Source: an uncultured Oscillospiraceae bacterium (GTDB lineage Bacteria > Bacillota > Clostridia > Oscillospirales > Oscillospiraceae). From it: a stretch of DNA of 53,755 bases. The notes under the pieces were generated by a model. The model did no database searches and was not told where the DNA came from. It worked only from the letters and a program-made list of their open reading frames with translations. The translations under genes and the position numbers were made by a program. The DNA lies in assembly GCA_964523945.1 (NCBI GenBank), contig CAZGBU010000002.1:1-53755 (forward strand), read 5' to 3'. This document shows, in pieces, positions 50,602-53,755 of this stretch (position 1 is the stretch's first letter; the number at the start of each line of letters is the position of its first letter).

Positions 50602-52249
50602 CGTTGCTTTCCTCCCTTCCCAGAATCAGATCCAGCCGCTCATGCTCGGTCAGGAAGCGCTGCGTACCGGCGTCATATGCCAGGCATTTCCCATCGCGCA
50701 TGCGGGTGCTGAGTGAGCCGCGTGTACCGTCCGGCCGGACAATGTGCGGCGCGTCGAGAATGCCGCGGCGGATACAGTCGGACAGCACGGCGGCGTCTGA
50801 AAACGGGTCGGGGCTCTCCGGGTACTGTGTCTGAATGAACGAGAGCAGAACGCCCGCCTCGCGCAGCAGCTCTGCCTGCCGCTCCTGGACGCGCGGGTCA
50901 GCTGTCGCATCGGCGTTGCCCTGGAGGGTGGAGCGGACAACACCGCGGACGATCTTGCAGCTTTCGATGACAACCTCGGGCGTCGCGGCGTGCTCGGCCT
51001 CGCTGTAGCCTACGACATGGATGATGTCAGGGTGAACATTCATCGCCAGCGCAGTCGAGGCGGCAAGCTGTCCCTTGGCCACATCCATATCTGCGCTCAG
51101 GAATGGCAGCCCCGCGCGCACTTCACGATAGATGCGGAAATCAGGCCCTGCCAGCGACTGCACCAGCTCGTCCTGTGCGAGCACCTTAGCCAGATCCATC
51201 GAGAAGCTCATTGAATTGGGAATATTGAACATGTACTGGGAAACATAGTCGTGCGCGCCGTACGCTCTGGCGTTATAGGCGCTCAGATAGCTCATAACGA
51301 CGGAGATCACGTCGTGTGCGTCGCGCAGGCCCCAGTGGTGCGGTTCGTTGACTTCTACCGGAATGCCGCGCTCGCCGTGCCATGCGATCAGCGCTTGCGC
51401 TTCGCGCATGGACTGCTCCAAAGAACGGGTGCCGCGTCCGTCAAGCTCGTTGTACCAGCTCAGGGGGACGGCGCACCAGGCGTTGTCGATTGTCCGGTGC
51501 AGCACGTCTGCCAGGCGGAGCACATCTGCTGTGCCGCTGTAGCAGCGCATCAGCGGATAGTTGCCGCACTGGGAGGCCTGCTTCAGGCGCCGGAATTCCT
51601 CTTCGCTTCGGACGGGGACACCGCCTGCGCCGTCGGCGCGTGGATCGCGCTGATCCGGCCGGAAGAAAAACTGCTGCGTATTCTGGTCGATGCCGAGCGA
51701 GATCACATCAAGCACACGCGAGCGTGCAATCTGCTCCACACCCGCAATGGTCTGCTCCAGCGACGGCAGCCCAAAATGGTGCCGCAATAGCGGGTAGGGC
51801 CGCTTCTGTGCGCGGCGGCCGGGCAGGTCGGCGGCAAACGCCTCAGCCTGCTCGCTGCCGGCACGCACACCGGTGCGCAGGAACGTGATGCAGTCGTCCC
51901 AGTCCTCGGTCCCGTCAAAGATCACGTCGAAGAACCCGAGCTTTTCCACTTCGCGGGCGACCGGGTATGTACCGCCGAAGATCCAGACCGGCCGACGCGG
52001 AAGCGCGCAGCTTTTTTCCTTCAGCTCCTCCACAAGGGGAATGACGTTCGCCGGCGTCAGACGATAGCCCAGATCCACATAGTCGGGATCATACTCCAAA
52101 ACCGCTTCCATTACCCGGTCGACGCTGTTGGCCGGACCGAGAAAAATCGTTTCATAGCCTTCGTCTTCCGCCATGGCGAGAAAATGAACGACGCCGGCAA
52201 CATGGACGCAGCTGCCAATAGAGCCGCCGATCATTCGGCCTTTTTCCAT
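50540..52249 (-). CDS. single-chain fusion of a B12-binding-like Rossmann domain (GlmS/MutS-like) and a glutamate mutase E-subunit-like TIM barrel (uncharacterised mutase-like protein)
   Basis: N-terminus MIGGSIGSCVHVAGV...IFGG aligns to GlmS VIGSDCHAVGN...YVGG. The remainder is collinear by eye with GlmE (MRCYSGT / ARHGT, GIPVEVNEPHHWGL / GVHINREPFGPL, GILDAPH / GVMDIPF, MRDGKCLAYDAG / VRDNLGCVRYLEFG). AAGGAG SD before ATG 52249. Confidence 0.6.
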   Translation of the reverse strand: MEKGRMIGGSIGSCVHVAGVVHFLAMAEDEGYETIFLGPANSVDRVMEAVLEYDPDYVDLGYRLTPANVIPLVEELKEKSCALPRRPVWIFGGTYPVAREVEKLGFFDVIFDGTEDWDDCITFLRTGVRAGSEQAEAFAADLPGRRAQKRPYPLLRHHFGLPSLEQTIAGVEQIARSRVLDVISLGIDQNTQQFFFRPDQRDPRADGAGGVPVRSEEEFRRLKQASQCGNYPLMRCYSGTADVLRLADVLHRTIDNAWCAVPLSWYNELDGRGTRSLEQSMREAQALIAWHGERGIPVEVNEPHHWGLRDAHDVISVVMSYLSAYNARAYGAHDYVSQYMFNIPNSMSFSMDLAKVLAQDELVQSLAGPDFRIYREVRAGLPFLSADMDVAKGQLAASTALAMNVHPDIIHVVGYSEAEHAATPEVVIESCKIVRGVVRSTLQGNADATADPRVQERQAELLREAGVLLSFIQTQYPESPDPFSDAAVLSDCIRRGILDAPHIVRPDGTRGSLSTRMRDGKCLAYDAGTQRFLTEHERLDLILGREESNDADCSHQFGQRRSVTGRIPG

Positions 52250-52300
52250 CGCAATTCTCCTTTCTGGGCCAGGGCCCATGGTATGTGTTGGGGTACCCGG

Positions 52301-52930
52301 TCAGCCGTGCTGATTGACAAACTTTGAGACGGCGCCGACCGCTTCCGGCGCACAGACAAAAATGATCGTGTCGCCATCGTACAGTTCAGCCGTCGGCCCG
52401 GGCGAGAGAATGGTGTTCTGCCGCCGCCGGATTGCGACGATGGTTGCACCGGTCGCCTGCCAGAACTGCAGCGAGCTGAGGCTCCTGCCGATCAGTGGAG
52501 AGTCGGCCCTTACGCGCACCTCGTAATTCGGCAGCCCATGGTCCGATGGCAGCGGCAGCTCCTGTGCGCGGATGATCTCGTGGTACACGTCAAGCATTTG
52601 CCGGCTGATCTCGATGTGCTGTGCGAACAGTCCTTTCAGGCGGGAGCGAAGCTCCTGTGTCTGGTCACGTTCCTGACGGCTGGCCAGATAGCGGTGGGCA
52701 TTGTCAGCGGAGAGCACATAGACGCCTCTGCGGGGTTTGACCTCGACTACTTTCATGTCTGCAAGCAGACGTAGCGCGCGCCGGATGGTCTCGGGTGAGA
52801 CGCTGTATTCTGAGGCCAGCAGCGACCGGCCGGACATGCGCTCACCCTCAGCGATTTCCTTTTGAGCAATGCGCGATGCCAGATCCAGTGCGATCCGCTC
52901 GTACTGGGCGATGGAATCCGCTTCGTGCAT
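52301..52930 (-). CDS. GntR-family wHTH regulator fused to a TrkA-C (RCK_C) ligand-binding domain
   Basis: RMSGRSLLASEYSVSPETIRRALRLLADMKVVEVKPRRGVYV (GntR HTH), a coiled linker, then ADSPLIGRSLSSLQFWQATGATIVAIRR...GDTIIFV (TrkA-C). Confidence 0.75.
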   Translation of the reverse strand: MHEADSIAQYERIALDLASRIAQKEIAEGERMSGRSLLASEYSVSPETIRRALRLLADMKVVEVKPRRGVYVLSADNAHRYLASRQERDQTQELRSRLKGLFAQHIEISRQMLDVYHEIIRAQELPLPSDHGLPNYEVRVRADSPLIGRSLSSLQFWQATGATIVAIRRRQNTILSPGPTAELYDGDTIIFVCAPEAVGAVSKFVNQHG

Positions 52931-52980
52931 ATGACGCCGCCTCCTTTGTTATGCGATACGCCCCGGCTTCCTTCATGGAT

Positions 52981-53009
52981 ATTATAAACTAACAACTTTA
53001 AAAAATCAA
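52981..53009 (-). promoter_or_regulatory. sigma-A promoter of the gntR-mutase-like-opine DH operon
   Basis: Minus strand TTGATT-17 nt-TATAAT. Confidence 0.6.
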
Positions 53010-53073
53010 GAGTGTGTCAGAAGAAGGCGAAAAACAATGTCCGGCCGCATAGATCGGAGCAGCAGATAATAGA

Positions 53074-53755
53074 ATGAAGGCAAAGGAGGGAGAGCGGTTG
53101 GCGCAGCACGTTGTAGATTTGAGCCAGTTCAACGGCACGGTCGACTGGACGGCGGTGCAGAAAGGAGTGAGCGGTGCGATTCTGCGTGCCGGATACCGCG
53201 GTTACGGTGCGGCGGGCACGCTGGTCAAGGACAGCCGCCTGACAGTCAATCTCCGCGGCGCGCAGCAGGCGGGTGTCCCGAAAGGCGCGTATTTCACCAC
53301 ACAGGCGATCACACGGCAGGAAGCGCAGGCAGAGGCGGATTTTGTCTGGCGGTGCCTGAGCGGGTACACGATTGAACTGCCGGTATTCTGGGACTCTGAG
53401 CGCTCCGGCAGCGCACAGGGCAGCCGCGCCGACCATCTGAGCGCACAGGAACGGACGGATTATGCCATTGCGTTCTGCGAGCGTGTGCGCGACCATGGCT
53501 ATACGCCGGGAATCTACGCTTCATTGTCGTGGCTTGAGCAGGAATTGGAGCCTGCCCGGTTGGGGTCGTATTGCATTTGGGTGGCGGATTATGCAGTCTC
53601 ACCGCCGACAGGGCTGCGTTATGACGCCTGGCAGTATACCGACCGCGGCACACTGGCCGGCGTCGTGGGAGATGTGGACCTGTCCTGGTTTGATCTGAAT
53701 GCAGAGGAGGGGAGCGATTTGAAAGAGGATCAGGTGCGGCAGATTGTCTATGAGA
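53074..53755 (+). CDS. GH25-family lysozyme (muramidase), 3'-truncated by the window edge
   Basis: Translation ...VVDLSQFNGTVDWTAVQKGVSGAILRAGYRG...GVPKGAYFTTQA...LPVFWDSE...GYTPGIYAS...WVADY...WQYTDRG..DVDLSWF shows the Glyco_hydro_25 pattern. Start is either ATG 53074 or TTG 53098 (the latter behind AAGGAGGGAG). Not in the ORF track because no stop lies within the window. Confidence 0.75.
   Translation, partial: MKAKEGERLAQHVVDLSQFNGTVDWTAVQKGVSGAILRAGYRGYGAAGTLVKDSRLTVNLRGAQQAGVPKGAYFTTQAITRQEAQAEADFVWRCLSGYTIELPVFWDSERSGSAQGSRADHLSAQERTDYAIAFCERVRDHGYTPGIYASLSWLEQELEPARLGSYCIWVADYAVSPPTGLRYDAWQYTDRGTLAGVVGDVDLSWFDLNAEEGSDLKEDQVRQIVYE

Noticed and set aside
53017-53496. The 159-aa minus-strand ORF at the right end of the window.
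   Set aside because: It is antisense to a clear GH25 lysozyme frame and has no recognisable motifs.
1-53755. Scan for CRISPR arrays, tRNA/rRNA genes, transposases, integrases, phage modules, toxin-antitoxin pairs or known defence systems.
   Set aside because: No spaced direct repeats, no cloverleaf-like segments, no IS-type inverted repeats and no recombinase-like ORFs were recognised. Intergenic AT-rich stretches are all explained by promoters and terminators.

Overview
GC-rich (roughly 60% by eye, not computed) chromosomal segment. GGAGG-type Shine-Dalgarno sites, near-consensus sigma-A promoters, solitary ECF S-components and a FabK-type FASII cluster suggest a Firmicutes/Clostridia anaerobe, possibly an Oscillospiraceae-like gut organism; the species cannot be named from sequence alone. 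I recognise about 50 protein genes. No tRNA, rRNA, CRISPR array, transposase or integrase was seen. Left part (1-13.5 kb): housekeeping and vitamin salvage genes. These are a MATE pump, a MerR/GyrI-like regulator broken by an in-frame TAA, an AraC regulator, dapF, an MFS transporter, thiT-thiN behind a TPP riboswitch, lspA-rluD, a nitroreductase, bioY/birA with a BirA operator, an amidohydrolase-2 decarboxylase-like gene, and folT behind a THF riboswitch. Middle (13.7-21.8 kb): a five-gene island made only of flavoenzymes, with two KstD/fumarate-reductase-like FAD enzymes, two FMN/[4Fe-4S]/FAD ene-reductases and an iron-sulfur-flavoprotein-like partner. 22.0-31.5 kb: FASII plus acetyl-CoA carboxylase (acpP-fabK-fabD-fabG-fabF-accB-fabZ-accC-accD-accA) ending in an acyl-CoA synthetase, with no fabH. 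31.6-41.6 kb: a multi-PAS winged-helix regulator, a frameshifted P1B ATPase with an SCA (not CPC) motif preceded by two tiny proteins, an AraC regulator, a third ene-reductase with a divergent LysR regulator, and an M24-fold protein. 41.8-49.5 kb: a citF-citE pair without citD/C/X/G, joined to two D-2-hydroxyacid dehydrogenases, an IclR regulator, an LDH/MDH-like enzyme and a MATE pump, all behind a perfect TTGACA-17-TATAAT promoter. 49.5-52.9 kb: a GntR/TrkA-C regulator, a single-chain GlmS+GlmE-like (glutamate-mutase-like) protein with a degenerate B12 motif, and an opine-dehydrogenase-family enzyme. The window ends in a partial GH25 lysozyme. Best candidates for an undescribed system are (i) the mutase-like/opine-dehydrogenase operon, (ii) the flavoenzyme island and (iii) the citD-less citFE/2-hydroxyacid cluster. 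All family calls come from reading motifs and aligning to remembered family members by eye. No database or HMM search was run.
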